Below, piece by piece: positions 43,432-58,000 of a stretch of 64,000 nt of DNA. The DNA comes from Eledone cirrhosa (lineage: Eukaryota). Each line of letters starts with the position of its first letter. Position 1 is the first letter of the stretch. Under the pieces are notes generated by a model. The model was not told the DNA's origin. It did no database searches and was given only the letters and a program-made list of their open reading frames with translations. The stretch spans positions 121,582,001 to 121,646,000 of the forward strand of contig OZ024741.1 of assembly GCA_964016885.1 (NCBI GenBank), given 5' to 3'. The translations under genes were made by a program, and so were the position numbers.

Positions 43432-44956
43432 TTAGTAAAATATTTTCCAAATACATAGAATAGTTAGAAGCAAAGGATAAAACCAAGCTAGTCCAAGTTC
43501 TTAGGTATAGCAGCACAGCTGCTTATTTGTAAAAGTGCAAATTCAAAGGATTTCTGTGCGATAAGGAGATTTCTCGTTCATCACCATAGTAACTAACACA
43601 AATTCGGTGAGTCGCAACAGAAGTAGGTTTTCGTTGGATCGAGAACAATTTTATCAAACAAATCTAGGGTCTATTGTTCCTTCGTATCTTCAAAATATAT
43701 TAAATGCTGGATTGTCGATGAAAGAGAATGCTTTGGGCTTGTAGCTTTCTCCAATCTTCACCCCAGTAATCCAACCGTGTGAACAAGGAATTGTACGTTC
43801 TGCTCTCTCAAATATATGTACGTATCTGACTTCGTATATCACTTGCTTGTCCCTTTTAATTAGATAAACACACACGCGCGCACGCCCGCACGCACATACA
43901 TGCGCACAAAACAAACATTTACTGAGTTTATGAAATAATTCAACATGAAAGATGTGGTTTGCCTGCAACAGACCTGCCAGCCTCTAAAAACTCAAACGGG
44001 GAGTACTATGAAAAAAAGTGCCCCCAAACGAGAAGAATTGAGGCAAAATGGGGAGATTTTACATAATGGTTTCTTATATAGGCAGAAGGCCAGCAATTTT
44101 GGGGGAGGGGAAAGTCGATTAAATCGACCTCAGTGCGTGACTGGTACTTTATTTTATCGACCCCGTAAGGATGAAAGACAAAGTTAACCTCGGTGGGATT
44201 TGAACTCAGATCATAAAGGGCCGTAACGCTATGCTGCAAAGCATAGTGTCCGACCCTCTACCGATACTGCCAATCCATCGCCCTGGGGAGATTTTACATA
44301 ATGAAAGCTATACCCATTTTCACAAGAGAATACATCTTTCAACCACCCCAGCGTGGGTGGGAGTTCTCCTCGTCGGACGGGGAGGGTTGACAGGTCTGCT
44401 ACGAGTAACTAGATAGGATAAAGTTGAAAACAATCACTTGGGAAAGTTGTTGGTATATATTATGACCAGGTATAATATTTGATGACAAGTGAGAAGATGA
44501 CTTTACAGGATTAACGTGAAATATTTAGAGAAGCACTCATGTTGTACAGGCGTTTACCATAATAAAACTTGACGTGCTTTTTGCTCCATTTGTTTTTGGC
44601 TCAGAGCGTGCCAGTACACTGACTTCCAGGAATAGCAAAGAAGCTGTGTGTCATTCGATGCGGCGGTCGGTCGGGGAGGGGTGAATCATATACGCCTGCA
44701 ACAGTGAAATACCGTCACTTCTGTAGTTTCCTCATTCGTGGTACAGGTGGGAGTAGTTACGATTCCCGACCCACGCCCTACTGCGTCCTATGTTTATAGT
44801 GCCACCGGTGTCTACGAAGCGGCGGTCATGGTCTTGTCTCATTGGACATATGTCTTCGTCATCTTCAGAGACCTTGGCAGGGTGAGAGACACAACATCAT
44901 TAAAGGGAAAGAAGAAGCGGTGTAACCGGTAACAAGTCAACATTCACCACACACGC

Positions 44957-45056
<100 letters not shown>

Positions 45057-45071
45057 GGGATGGACACACGC

Positions 45072-46000
45072 TCACAGCCCTCTGGCAGGCGGACCCGGAG
45101 ATCAGTGGAGACTCCACTTCGTCATTCTATAGAGGGTTGGTCCGCAGCAAGTGCGACGACGCGCTCGGTGAAACTCTAGGCGTGGAGGAAGATGAACTGG
45201 CCAGTCTGTTCGGTAGGACCTTCCGCCTGGGACCGATGGACAACTTCCAAAAGTCCCTGGCCTGGCAGTGCTACCGAGGAGCTCTACCAGTTCGAGACAA
45301 GCTCTACAGACATGGGCGCCCGGGCAGGGACCCTGCAAAAAAGATCTGTCCGAGGTGCGTGCGAGACGAAGAAACCGTCGCGCACGCATTCATACACTGC
45401 CCGGGCGTCACTGACCTGTGGGGATATGTAGAACGACTATTGTCGCGGGTGGGACCAATCCAGTTGACCACCGAGTCCATTGTCATGATCAAACCGCCAC
45501 CCTCCTTCAAAAACGAAGGAGAGGCGGTTTTCCTTTGTGTGATAGCTATGGCGAAAGAGGTTGTATGGTGGACAAGGTTGAAAGGGCTGAGGTCAGACAC
45601 CTTTCTCTCCGGCCAACAACTGATTCTTTTTTTCAAATACCACTTTGGAAGAAGAATCAGGATGGAGAGAGAGGTGCTGTACCCCAGCAAGTTTTATGAA
45701 AGGTGGGTGAAAGTGGCGAGAATGGCCCGAGTGAATGGGCCTTCTCTCTATATCAGCCTGTAGATTGAGGAAAAGGAGGAGGAGAGGAAAGGAGTACAAG
45801 CTCTTCGTACTCCTGGAGATGAGGGTTGCACATTTTTTTCGGGGGTATGTGTTACCCATATAAACTGTCTCCCTCTATTGGGGAAAATCGACTAACTTTT
45901 AAATTCCATCTGTGATAACATTTTACACGTTTTTATTGTATGTAAACTTCCCCCTTTGTATTTGTCCCCTTCTTTTGTGCCCCTGTGGCTAATAAAGAAA
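45072..46000 (+). mobile_element. Tx1-like LINE subfamily B, 5'-truncated
   Basis: C-terminal zinc region CPRC..ETVAHAFIHC; near-identical to 57790-58720. Confidence 0.93.
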
Positions 46001-46002
46001 TA

Positions 46003-46087
<85 letters not shown>

Positions 46088-49000
46088 GGGATGGACACAC
46101 GCGTCAAACTTGCTGGGTAAGTTCTGCCTAAATTTCCATAGAAATTCCTAACTGTAAAGTTTCATTTTTGTACCATTTTGTAGAGGGACTGCCAGGTCAA
46201 ATTTTGATCTGTTCAGTCTCTCAAATAATTCTACGCCTTTAGGCGAAATAGTGTTGAAAAAAAAAATGTTATCTTTCGAAAAATGTCCTACTTTGATAAA
46301 AATGGCTGAAGCATCTTCACCAACATTCAAAGGAAGAAAAGGGAAGCTAAACTCACAGCTTCCCCTGCCACTGTCACAGCAGCAGATGCCAAAGGCAGAG
46401 GTCAGCCAGAGGTAGAACTTTCTCAACCTGCTGACCGACAACTTGATGTAGCCACAACTATACAAGAAACTGAAAACAACAACAAAAACAATGACACCAA
46501 AAGCAACAATAAAGACAACAAAAACAACAACAACACCAACAACAATGATAACAACAACACCACCAACAATAACAGTAACACAAACAAGGAAAAGTCACCT
46601 TCGCCCAGACTGCAAGGAAAACCCTCGACTATCTGCCAGTAGATATAAGCAAAGCTAAGGAGCTACTGGCAGATGCCAAAAAATACGTAGTGTACGGGGA
46701 AAATGGATCATTTTCGATCCACTCCCCCCCCGGAACTAAAAAGCCAGAGGCTCCTAAACACTGTCAGGTTTAGGACAGTCTCAAACAAAACCAAAAAACC
46801 AGCTCAACCATCACAGAGTGAGATAGAGCTGGTTTTAAAAGATGTAATGAAAGACATCTTATTCATTCAGAAGGATAGACTCTACGGGAGTCTATCCATT
46901 CTCATGAAGGACAGGGACACGGCAGCGAAACTGTCAATAAAACCAATCACATCCACCGCATACACCTTCTACCCTACGTACATGGGTAGAAGGACACAAA
47001 AAATAAAAATTCACACTATCCTTCCGATTATGGACATATGGTGGGTATTGACAGGTTTCCTGGACCTAGACGACGACACATTAATATCCATGGGAAAGGC
47101 ATCGGGTGACGCGTTTAGTGGAACAGGCCTCGAACTTGTAGTTCAAATGAGGCCCGAAAGGATCGCCTAGATCCCTGAACGCGTCATACTGGATGATCAA
47201 ACTTTTATTAACATTACCGTTGAGGGTAGGCGGCCCTCGTGTTACCTCTGTGAAGCCAGAGGTCACCTGAGGGCTGTCTGTCCTCAACTTAAAAAGAAAA
47301 CCCCAATCCTGCCTACACCACCAACAACTGCACAACCAACACAATCACCACAACCACCACTACAAAAACAACAACCACAGCTCAAACCAAAACAAAACAC
47401 TGTCCAACCCATCCACCCCACTCAAGAAAAAACAATTTCCAAAACACCCGCACCGCAAACACAACCCGAAAATCTACCCCTCCCCTCCAACACGGAAGAT
47501 GACCCTCGTTCGTCGTCAGACGAGGAGGAGCACTTCCACACAATCAAAAGAAAAAAAAGAAAACACACCTCAGACACAAATGAAAACAACCCCTCCCCAA
47601 AACATAACACAGACACCAACACAAAAGAGCACACAACAACAACAAACAAAAAACACCACACAAAAACAAAAACATGCATACACATACATAAACACAAGAA
47701 ATAAAAAAATGCTAAAGATTGTATACAACAACAATTTAGTGAAAACCCAAGGTCCTAACTTCACCCAGGCAGGGGATTTCCCCCATCTCAAAATGAATAA
47801 GGTCCCAGAGGACACATAAAAAACGCTAAAAAACAACTTTAAAGAGGACGTGCCCCCCCCCCCCCATCCCCTGCGTCGGGACCATTAACCGCGTCCTCCT
47901 AAAAAATGTTCCCACCCCTTCCCCAAACACCCACACAACTCCAAACACCCCAACCACACAACACACTGATGCCCCTACACTTCCACAAACCACCACCCCA
48001 CCCAACAACCCATCCCCCACCCTCATGGAAATTGTGCAGCCCTATACCCGGGACGCAGAGAGGTAAGTGCCTTTTCTCTTCACCACCAACATGGCTATGC
48101 TGAGAATAGGTTCTTTAGATGCGCGTGGCCTGGGCTCGACTTGGAAGCAAGCAATGCTTCTAAATGACCTCAGGTCACAACGTATAGATGTGATAGTTAT
48201 TTGCGAGGCCTGGATCAGCAACGTGCGACAGCTGGCCCCCACCTTGACGTCTTTGAGATGCACGCATCTCTCTGTCAGCCCGGAGGTGGGGGTGGGGTTG
48301 TCGTTCTGCTGCAAAAACATCTGGGTCTCGCAACACAGACGGTACATTTGGACCCGGAGGATCGACTAGTGGTTCTGGACCTTGGCAGTGGTGAAGGCGG
48401 AGCGCTTAGGCTGGTAGCCGTCTACGGCCCTTTCGGGTCAACGCGGCCGAACTTCTTCCATCGTCTGGAGACTTTTTTAGGGACGTCCCGCTCCTTGATA
48501 TTAGTGGGGGACTGGAATGGTATCCTAGATGCACGTTGGGACTACGTAGGAGCCTGTCCCGATAGAGAGGGGTGTAACAGCCTCAAAGGGTTAATCGGCC
48601 GATTTGACATGGCCGATAGATATCGACTAGATTTTCCGGCTGCGCCAACCTGGCAAACCGTAGCGGATCATCTAGATCGTACCTAGATAGGTTCTTAGTT
48701 AGAAATAAGGATAAGGACTTTTTAAGTTGTCCAGAAATGCTCATCGTTGGCTATTCAGACCACAAGTTAGTGACCTGCATGGTCAACCTTGACAGAACGC
48801 ATAGACAGGGACCCGGTTACTGGAAGCTCAACTTGTCCTTACCGGCAAGTAAGGCTTACAGGGACCGGATTAGCACTTTAATTAAGGAGCGGTTGACGGG
48901 CGCCATCGTCAACAGCAGGTGGTGGGGATCTCTCAAAAGAGAGATTAGAGTAGTCTTTATAGAATTTAGTAAGGAGTTAGCCTCAAATAGAAATAGGAAG

Positions 49001-51714
49001 GAAAGGGAGTTGGTAGATATTGTAGAAGAGGCAATTAGAAGCGGCGACGTGGCCAGAGAGCTAGCGTCGAGAACGGCCCTGGGCCAGTTCTTCGACGCGA
49101 CACACGAAGGCTGCATCGTCCGATGCAAAATACGTGCTCTGGGAAACGAGAGGACTAAAGCTGTTAGCTGGGCCCGCGTGACAGAAGCCAAAAGAGGGAG
49201 TAGATCCACTATCCGGTCTTTGCGAGACCAGGATGGACGGGTGATCCTTGAACCTAAGCAGATGTGCGAGGCTTTTCAAAAGCACTTTGCCAGATTGTTC
49301 GGAAGGGGCGGGGTGCCGGTTGGGGAAGTGGACTTCGGTCCATACCTCGACGGCCTGCCGCGTCTCTCGGACAAGGAGGTGAAGTCCTGCGAGGAGCCGA
49401 TTTCAACCGCTGAGATAGAGGACATGCTGAGCCAATGCGGCAAACGCAAATCCCCAGGTCTCGATGGTCTTCCATACGAACTATATCTAGCTATGCCGGA
49501 CTTGTTCCCCGATCTCCTCGAGGCGGTCTACTGCAACTGGCAACAGAACGGGAGAATTCCCTGTGCTGTGACAAAGGGCGTAGTCACGCTAGTGAGGAAG
49601 GACGAGAACAAGGCGGACGACATAAGTAATTTCAGGCCCATAACTCTGCTAAATACAGAGTTACAGATTTTGGCCAAGGTGCTAGCAAAGAGGTTGGCGC
49701 TTGTCGTGGGCAACCTGGTGGGAGATGCGCAGACATGTGCCATCCCGTCCAGGTCCATCCACGACAATCTCCACCTCATGCGATACATCATAGAGAGGGT
49801 TGGGAACGAACCCGGCTTTGGTGGGGTCCTGATCAACTTGGATCAATCTAAGGCGTTCGATAGGGTCGACCATGGTTACCTGGATGCGGTGCTAGAGGCG
49901 GCAGGCTTTGGACCCGTTTTCAGGGGCTGGATCACTGCCATGCACAGCAGCCGCATCTGCTCTAGGGTCAAGGTGAACGGCTACCTCTCGGAGCCGTTCG
50001 AAATCGCGCGGTCCATCCGACAAGAGTGACCTCTCTCCTCCCTTCTGTATGTAATGACTCTAGAGCCACTGCTGCGGTTTGGAGTTGTTGCAGGGCATCC
50101 CTTTGGAACCGGGATTGCGGAACGCGGTGTCGGCCTACGCCGATGACGTAACAGTAATGGTGTCGACGGCCTCGGAAATCGGGGCGATAGGCACCTTATT
50201 GGCGTAGTACGAAAGGTTTACAGGGGCTAAGCTGAACCGGGACAAGTCGATCGGCTTGCAACTCGGCACGTGGAGGGGCAAATCGATGCCCTCCGAAGGC
50301 GTCGTCGGGCGCTGGACGGAGGGCCCGGTGAATTTGCTCGGAGTCTGGTTCAGACCAGACCTCCAGGTGGAGAAGAACTGGGGTGAGGTAACGAACAGGG
50401 TGTTTGCACTGACCCAGAAGTGGGCCGAGTGCAAACTGTCCCTGAAAGGTCGGGCGGAGGTGGCGAACACTTATATGGCGTCCGTCATCTACTACCGCCT
50501 GACCGTCGTGTCTTGCTCAAGGGAAAGGCTCGCTCAAATGGAGCGCGCACTCTTCCAATTCCTTTGGAAGAAGCGGGCTCCTATGGTGAGGAGATCCATC
50601 TGCTGCCAACACCCTTCGAAAGGAGGGCTGGGGATGCCCTGGCTGATGATGCGTCAACACGCATTAAGGCTACGGCACCTCCAGGTATTCCTCACCGGTC
50701 AACCGGTGTGGGCGAGCCTTTCCCAGACTCGTCTCGCTCACCGAGCTGCAATCCTGGGTCAAGCAAAGACCGAGAAAACTGGGCGCCTGGCACACGGCTC
50801 TCTGGCAGGCGGACCCGGCTGTCAGTGGAGAATCCACCTCGTCATAATATAGAGGGCTGGTGGTTAGCAGGTGCGACGACGCCCTCGGAGAAGCCCTAGG
50901 CATAGAGGAAAACGAACTGGCCAACCTGTTCGGTAGGACATTCATCCCGGGACCTATGGATAACTTCCAGAGGTCCCGGGATCTGCCCGTTCGAGAAAGG
51001 CTCTACAGACACGGGCGCCCGGGTAGGGAACCCTCAAAAAAGATCTGTCCCAGATGCATGTACGACGACGAAACCGTTGCACACGCATTGGTACACTGCT
51101 CGGGAATTGCCGATCTGTGGAGCTATGTCGTACGACTGCTGTCACGGGTGGGACCGTTCCGGTTGACCACCGAGTCTATTGTAACGATCAAGCCGCCTCC
51201 CCTCTTCAAAAACGAAGGAGAGGCGGTGTTTCTGTGCGTAATAGCCATGGCAAAAGAGGTTGTATGGTGGACGCGTCTGAAAGGACTGAGGTCAGACACC
51301 TTTCTCTCTGGCCAACAACTGGTCCGTTTCTTCCGATATCATTTCGGAAGAAGGATCAGGATGGAGGGAGAGGTGCTGCACCCCAGCCGTTTTTATGAAA
51401 GATGGGTGAAAGTGGCGAGAATGGCCTGTGTGAATGGGCCTTCACTCTACATCAGACTGTAGGTGAGAAAGATGAAAGATCAAGGGAGCACCTTCTCTCC
51501 CTGTGCTCCTGAGGAGAAGGGTTGCACACTTTTTTCGGGGGTGTGTGCGACCCCCCAAGGCGCCTCCTCCCTATTGAGGATTTTGTTATTCAATTTATTT
51601 TTGTTATATTTTATATTTTATATTTTTATATTTTGTTATTGCCGCCTTTTTATGTAAACTCCCCCATTGTACTTGTCCCACTCTTTGATGCCCTGGTGGC
51701 AAATAAAAAGAAAG

Positions 51715-51716
<2 letters not shown>
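46088..51716 (+). mobile_element. Tx1-like LINE subfamily A, full length but disabled
   Basis: ORF1 ~46302-48066 with CYLCEARGHLRAVC knuckle; ORF2 48091-51462 with APE (GDWN, SDH), RT (KSPGLDG, FRPITLLN, LDQSKAFDRV, YADD) and C-terminal CCHC; several stops and frameshifts. Confidence 0.93.
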
Positions 51717-51770
<54 letters not shown>

Positions 51771-52892
51771 TGCCGTGGTTGACGATGCGCAAACACGCGC
51801 TCAGGCTGCGGCATCTCTACATATTCCTCACCGGACAACCGGTGTGGGCCCCGTTCGTGAGGCGAGCCTTCCCACGACTCGTCTCGCTGACCGAGCTGCA
51901 GTCCTGGGTCAAGCAGAGACCGAGGAAAATGGGCGACTGGCACATCGAATGTGCTCAGGCGCTCACAGCCCTCTGGCAGGCGGACCCGGAGATCAGTGGA
52001 GACTCCACTTCGTCATTCTATAGAGGGTTGGTCCGCAGCAAGTGCGACGACGCGCTCGGTGAAACTCTAGGCGTGGAGGAAGATGAACTGGCCAGTCTGT
52101 TCGGTAGGACCTTCCGCCTGGGACCGATGGACAACTTCCAAAAGTCCCTGGCCTGGCAGTGCTACCGAGGAGCTCTACCAGTTCGAGACAAGCTCTACAG
52201 ACATGGGCGCCCGGGCAGGGACCCTGCAAAAAAGATCTGTCCGAGGTGCGTGCGAGACGAAGAAACCGTCGCGCACGCATTCATACACTGCCCGGGCGTC
52301 ACTGACCTGTGGGGCTATGTAGAACGACTATTGTCGCGGGTGGGACCAATCCAGTTGACCACCGAGTCCATTGTCATGATCAAACCGCCACCCTCCTTCA
52401 AAAACGAAGGAGAGGCGGTTTTCCTTTGTGTGATAGCTATGGCGAAAGAGGTTGTATGGTGGACAAGGTTGAAAGGGCTGAGGTCAGACACCTTTCTCTC
52501 CGGCCAACAACTGATTCTTTTTTTCATATACCACTTTGGAAGAAGAATCAGGATGGAGAGAGAGGTGCTGTACCCCAGCAAGTTTTATGAAAGGTGGGTG
52601 AAAATGGCGAGAATGGCCCGAGTGAATGGGCCTTATTTTTATATCAGCTTGTAGGTTGAGGAAAAGGAGGAGGAGAGGAAAGGAGTACAAGCTCTTCGTA
52701 CTCCTGGAGATGAGGGTTGCACATTTTTTTTCGGGGGTATGTGTTACCCATATAAACTGTCTCCCCCTATTGGGGAAAATCGACTAACTTTTAAATTCCA
52801 TCTGTGATAACATTTTACACGTTTTTATTGTATGTAAACTTCCCCCTTTGTATTTGTCCCCTTCTTTTGTGCCCCTGTGGCTAATAAAGAAA
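51771..52892 (+). mobile_element. Tx1-like LINE subfamily B, 5'-truncated
   Basis: Open frame to 52654; near-identical to 57598-58720. Confidence 0.93.
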
Positions 52893-53123
52893 TATATCTA
52901 TCTATCAGACGTGTGTAACTTCGCTGAGAAGTTTCCGTTAATTTATGTAAGAAAAAAACGTGAGTTTTTAGTTAAATTTTATATCATTGTGTAACTTGAC
53001 CCCACCTCTGAACCTTCAGGTGGTGGGTCAACTCATTTTCGCCCCTACAGGGGCGGAATAACCATTTGAAAATTTTTTCTCCATCGAATCTTGGAAAAAA
53101 TATTGTAAAATTTTGATTACGTT

Positions 53124-55026
53124 ATGAACGCTGCGTCCAACGATAATGGTGGTGGAGAGGCGGTAAGACTACAAAGCTCGCAGTCAACAACGTCTTCTTC
53201 ACTAGATACTATAGAGATGGAAAGACGAAATGAAAATGTAAAAACGAATTCATATTCAAACAACACAAATGACACCAAACAATTCAATGACAACAAAAAT
53301 AACAGCAACATCAATAATGATGATAAAAGCAACAATGATAACAACAACAAAGAAAAAAATAAAGACAACACCAATAACACCAGCATCAAAGACAACAACA
53401 ACACCAAGGAAAATACGGATAATACCAACATCGGTGACAACAAGAATAACAACAATAATGACAACAGCACCAATACGGATTCCACAAAGAAACCAAAAAT
53501 CTCCTTTGCAGAGAAAGTTAAAAAAAAGGAAGAATTGATATATCTCGACATAACAAATGCTGAACAACTTTTAAAGGACGCTAGGAGATATGTCACTTTC
53601 GATAAAAATGGTGCTTTCAGCATCAATTCTCCGGTAGAAATTCGCAAGGAAACTGCTCTCAGAACGATAGTTTTTAGGACAGTTTCCAATTCTACCCGAA
53701 AACCAGTCCAATTGTCACAGAAAGAAATTGAACTGGTTTTCAAAAATTCAATGAATGATATTGCATTCATTCAAAGAAGCAAACTTTTTGGGAGTATTTC
53801 GGTACTCATGAACGATCAATTGTCGGCCCAAAATTACTCTGTGTCGCCAATTGTATCCAACCTGTACACCTTTTTCCCTACATACATGGGAAAAAGGACA
53901 CAAAAGATCAGAATCACGAGTGTCGCACCAAAGGTGAACATATGGTGGACACTGTGCGGCTTCATTAATTTTGATGAAGACAGAATACTGTCAGTAGGCA
54001 AGTCCCCCAGAGATGTATTCAATGGGACTAGCATTGAAGTTCTGGTGCAAATGAGCCCAGAGCGAATAGCTATGATCCCACAGCGTGTACTCCTGGACGG
54101 ACTCACCTACATAAACTTTTCGGTTGAGGGTAGGCGGCCTTCATGTTACCATTGCTTTAGCAGGGGTCACCTGAGGGCTTCCTGTCCTAAACTAATGAAC
54201 CAAAAAAAGGCTCTTCTGCCGACACCCATCAAAACAACACAACCACCAACACCACCACAACAACAACAACACCAACACACAAAAATAACCACAACAAACA
54301 CAGTCCCACCCAACCCCACTCCACCTAAAACCACTGCAAAATCACATACAGACACAACAGCTCCCCAAGACATACCCCTCCCCAATCACACAGACGATAC
54401 AACAGATGAGGCTACTCTCCATCACCCAGTGAAGACGAGGGAGAACCCCATCGCTCGAAAAGAAAGAAAAGACATCACAAAAGCAAAAAAACCAGCAAAC
54501 ACTACCACAAACATACAACCACCAACACAAACAACAAAAACATCACAAACAAAACCCCCACCTCCTGAAAACAAAATATCTACAACAAAACGAAAGCACA
54601 CACAAGAACTACAGACAAAAACAAATACAACACAAGAAAATTACACTTACACTTACATAAACACTGAAAACAAAACACTAATGGAGACCATCACGAACGA
54701 TCCTTCGGTGAAAAGCGAAGGGAAAACTTTCGCCCACTATTAAAAATAGCAAAAAACTGAACCTAAAACTGATTAGGGTCCCTATACAAACTTATAGGTC
54801 CCTAAAAGAAACATTTGAGAAGGATGTGGGGAATTCCTGCGTGAAACCACTCAACCGCGTCCTTCTCAAATGTCTCCCCACCCCAGACACCCCCACCCCA
54901 CCAGACCCCACCCCACCAAACATCTCCGTCCCCACCCAGCAGGAAACCACCACCCATCCAGACAACCCCTCCAACACCCCCATGGAAATCGTGCGGCCTG
55001 GTCCCCAGGAGACGAAGGGTGAGTGA
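53124..55026 (+). pseudogene. Tx1-like ORF1 (Asn-rich N-terminus, CCHC knuckle, Pro/Thr-rich C-terminus), premature stop at 54741
   Basis: CYHCFSRGHLRASC; similarity to subfamily A ORF1 continues past the stop to ~55026. Confidence 0.85.
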
Positions 55027-55059
55027 TCTCTTTTCCTCTTTTAACTTTTCAGCACCAAC

Positions 55060-58000
55060 ATGGCCAATATAAGAGTTGGATGTGTGAACGTACGCGGCCT
55101 GGGGATGCCCTGGAAACAGGGCAAACTCTTAAACGACCTCAGGTCGCACAGTATGGATGTGATAGCCATTTGCGAGTCCAGGATCCACGGCGAGCGACAG
55201 CTGGCCCCCATCTTCGATGACTTTGAGATCTATGCATCTCTCTGTCAACCAGGGGGTGGGGGTGGAGTTGCCGTTTTGCTGCGGAAACACCTGGGCCTCG
55301 TAACACAGACGGTACATCTGGACCCGGAGGGTCGACTGGTGGTTCTAGACGTTGACGTTAGTGAAGGTGGAGCCTTCAGGCTGGTGGCCGCATATGCCCC
55401 ATCCGGGACACCGCGGCCAGACTTCTTCAAACGTCTAGAGACTTTTCTCGGAACGTCCCGCTCTTTGCTTTTAGTGGGGGACTGGAATGGAATCCTAGAT
55501 GTACGTTGGGACTATGTGGGAGCATGTCCCGATAAAGGGGGGTGTAACAGCCTCAAACAGTTAATCGACCGATTTGACCTGGCCGATAGATATCGACTAG
55601 ATTTTCCGACTGCGCCACTGTGGACGTGCAGTAATCGTAGCGGAACATCTAGATCGTACCTAGATAGGGTTCTAGTTAGAAATAAGGATAGGGACATGTT
55701 AAGCTGTCCACAAATGTTCATGGTTGCCTATTCAGATCACAAACTAGTGACCTGCATGGCCAACCTTGATAGAACCCATAGACAAGGACCCGGCTACTGG
55801 AAGCTGAACTTGTCGTTACCGACAAGCAAAGCCTACAGTAGACGGATTAGCACTTTAGTTAAACAGCACTTGACAGGGGCCATTGTCAACAACAGATGGT
55901 GGTACTCTCTCAAGAGGGCAGTTAGATTAGACTCGATAGTTTTTAGTAAAGAATTAGCGTTAGATAGAAATAGAACCGAGAAGGAACTGGTAGATAAAGT
56001 AGAAGAGGCAATTAGAAGTGGCAACGTAGCCAGCGTGCTAGCAACGAGAACGGCCTTGGACCAGTTCTTCGACGCAAAGCACGAGGGCTGCGTTGTCAGA
56101 AGCAAAATACGTGCTCTGGGAAACGAGGGCGCCAAAGCTGTTAGCTGGGCCCGTGTGACGGGGGAAAAAAGTGGCAACAAGTCCACGATTCGGTCTTTGA
56201 AGGACCAAAACGGACGCGGGATACGTGAGCCGAAGCAGATGTGTGCGGCTTTTCAGCGGCACTTTGCTCAGCTGTTCGGGGGGGGGGGGGGGGAGAGGCT
56301 ATGGATTTCGGTCCATACCTCGACGGCCTATCGCGACTCTCGGACAGCGAAGCAAAGTTCTGCGAAAAGCCGATTTCAGCCACTGAGATAGGGGACGCGC
56401 TGAGCCAATGCGGCAAACGCAAATCTCCAGGTCTCGACGAATTTTACGTAGCAATGCCGGACTTATTCTCCGGTCTCCTGGAAGCGGTCTACTGCAACTG
56501 GCTACAGAACGGGAGAATTCCCAGTTCTGTAACCGGGGGCGTGGTCAAACTATTCAGGAAGGACGAGAATAAGGGGGATGACATAGGCAACTTCCGGCCC
56601 ATAACTCTGCTAAACACAGAGTTACAGATTTTGGCCAAGGTGTTGGCAAAGAGGCTGGCGCTTGTCGTGGGAAACCTGGTGGGAGAAGCGCAGACATGCG
56701 CAATACCGACTAGGTTCATACACGACAACCTCCACCTCATGCGATACATCATAGAGAGGGTAGGGTGTAAACTCGGCTTCGGTGGGGCCCTGATCAACTT
56801 GGATCAGTCTAAGGCTTTCGATAGGGTTGAGCATCGTTACCTGGATGCGGTGCTCGAGGCGGCAGGCTTCGGACCCGTGTTCAGGGGCTGGATTGCTGCA
56901 ATGCACAACAGCAACATCTGCTCAAGCGTCAAGGTGAACGGCTACCTATCGGAGCCGTTCCATATTACGCGATCCATTCGATAGGGATGCCCTCTCTCCT
57001 CCCTTCTGTACGTACTGACTCTCGAGCCACTACTGCGGAAGCTGGAGTTATTGCAGGGCATCCCTCTGGAACCGGGACTGCGGAAAGCGGCGTCGGCCTA
57101 CGCCGACGACGTGACAGTAATGGTGTCGAGCACCTCGCAAATCGAGGAAGTCGGCACCTTACTGAAGGAATACGAAAGTCTCACAGGAGCGAAGCTGAAC
57201 CGGGACAAGTCCATCGGTTTGCAACTCGGATCGTGGAGAGGCAAACCGATGCCTTCCGATGGCGTCGTCGGACGCTGGACGGAAGGACCGGTAAAGCTGC
57301 TCGGGGTCTGGTTTGGTCCGGACCTCCAGGTGGAGAAGAACTGGAACGAAGTGACGGCCAAGTTCTTTGCACTCACCCAGAAGTGGGCCGAGTGCAAACT
57401 ATCCTTGAAAGGTCGAGCGGAGGTGGCGAACACTTTTATAGCGTCCGCCATCTACTACCGCTTGACCGTCGTGCCTTCTCCAGCCAAAACGCTCACCCCA
57501 AAAAAGCGCGCGCTCTTCCGATTCCTTTGGAAGAGGCGGGCTCCTTTGGTGAGAAGATCTATCTGCTGCCAACACCCTTCTAACGGAGGGCTGGGGATGC
57601 CGTGGTTGACGATGCGCAAACACGCGCTCAGGCTGCGGCATCTCTACGTATTCCTCACCGGACAACCGGTGTGGGCCCCGTTCGTGAGGCGAGCCTTCCC
57701 ACGACTCGTCTCGCTGACCGAGCTGCAGTCCTAGGTCAAGCAAAGACCGAGGAAAATGGGCGACTGGCACATCGAATGGGCTCAGGCGCTCACAGCCCTC
57801 TGGCAGGCGGACCCGGCGATCAGTGGAGACTCCACTTCGTCATTCTATAGAGGGTTGGTCCGCAGCAAGTGCGACGACGCGCTCGGTGAAACTCTAGGCG
57901 TAGAGGAAGATGAACTGGCTAGCCTGTTCGGTAGGACCTTCTGCCCGGGACCGATGGACAACTTCCAAAAGTCCCTGGCCTGGCAGTGCTACCGAGGAGC

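Noticed and set aside
44790-44880. Minus-strand CTGAAGA..GACA-ccgg hammerhead-like string
   Set aside because: GAAA and the cleavage triplet are absent and stem I does not pair
53117-53770. 217-aa hydrophobic antisense ORF, and other overlapping ORFs within the LINEs
   Set aside because: Mirror of AAC-rich ORF1 codons and of GC-rich ORF2; no independent evidence
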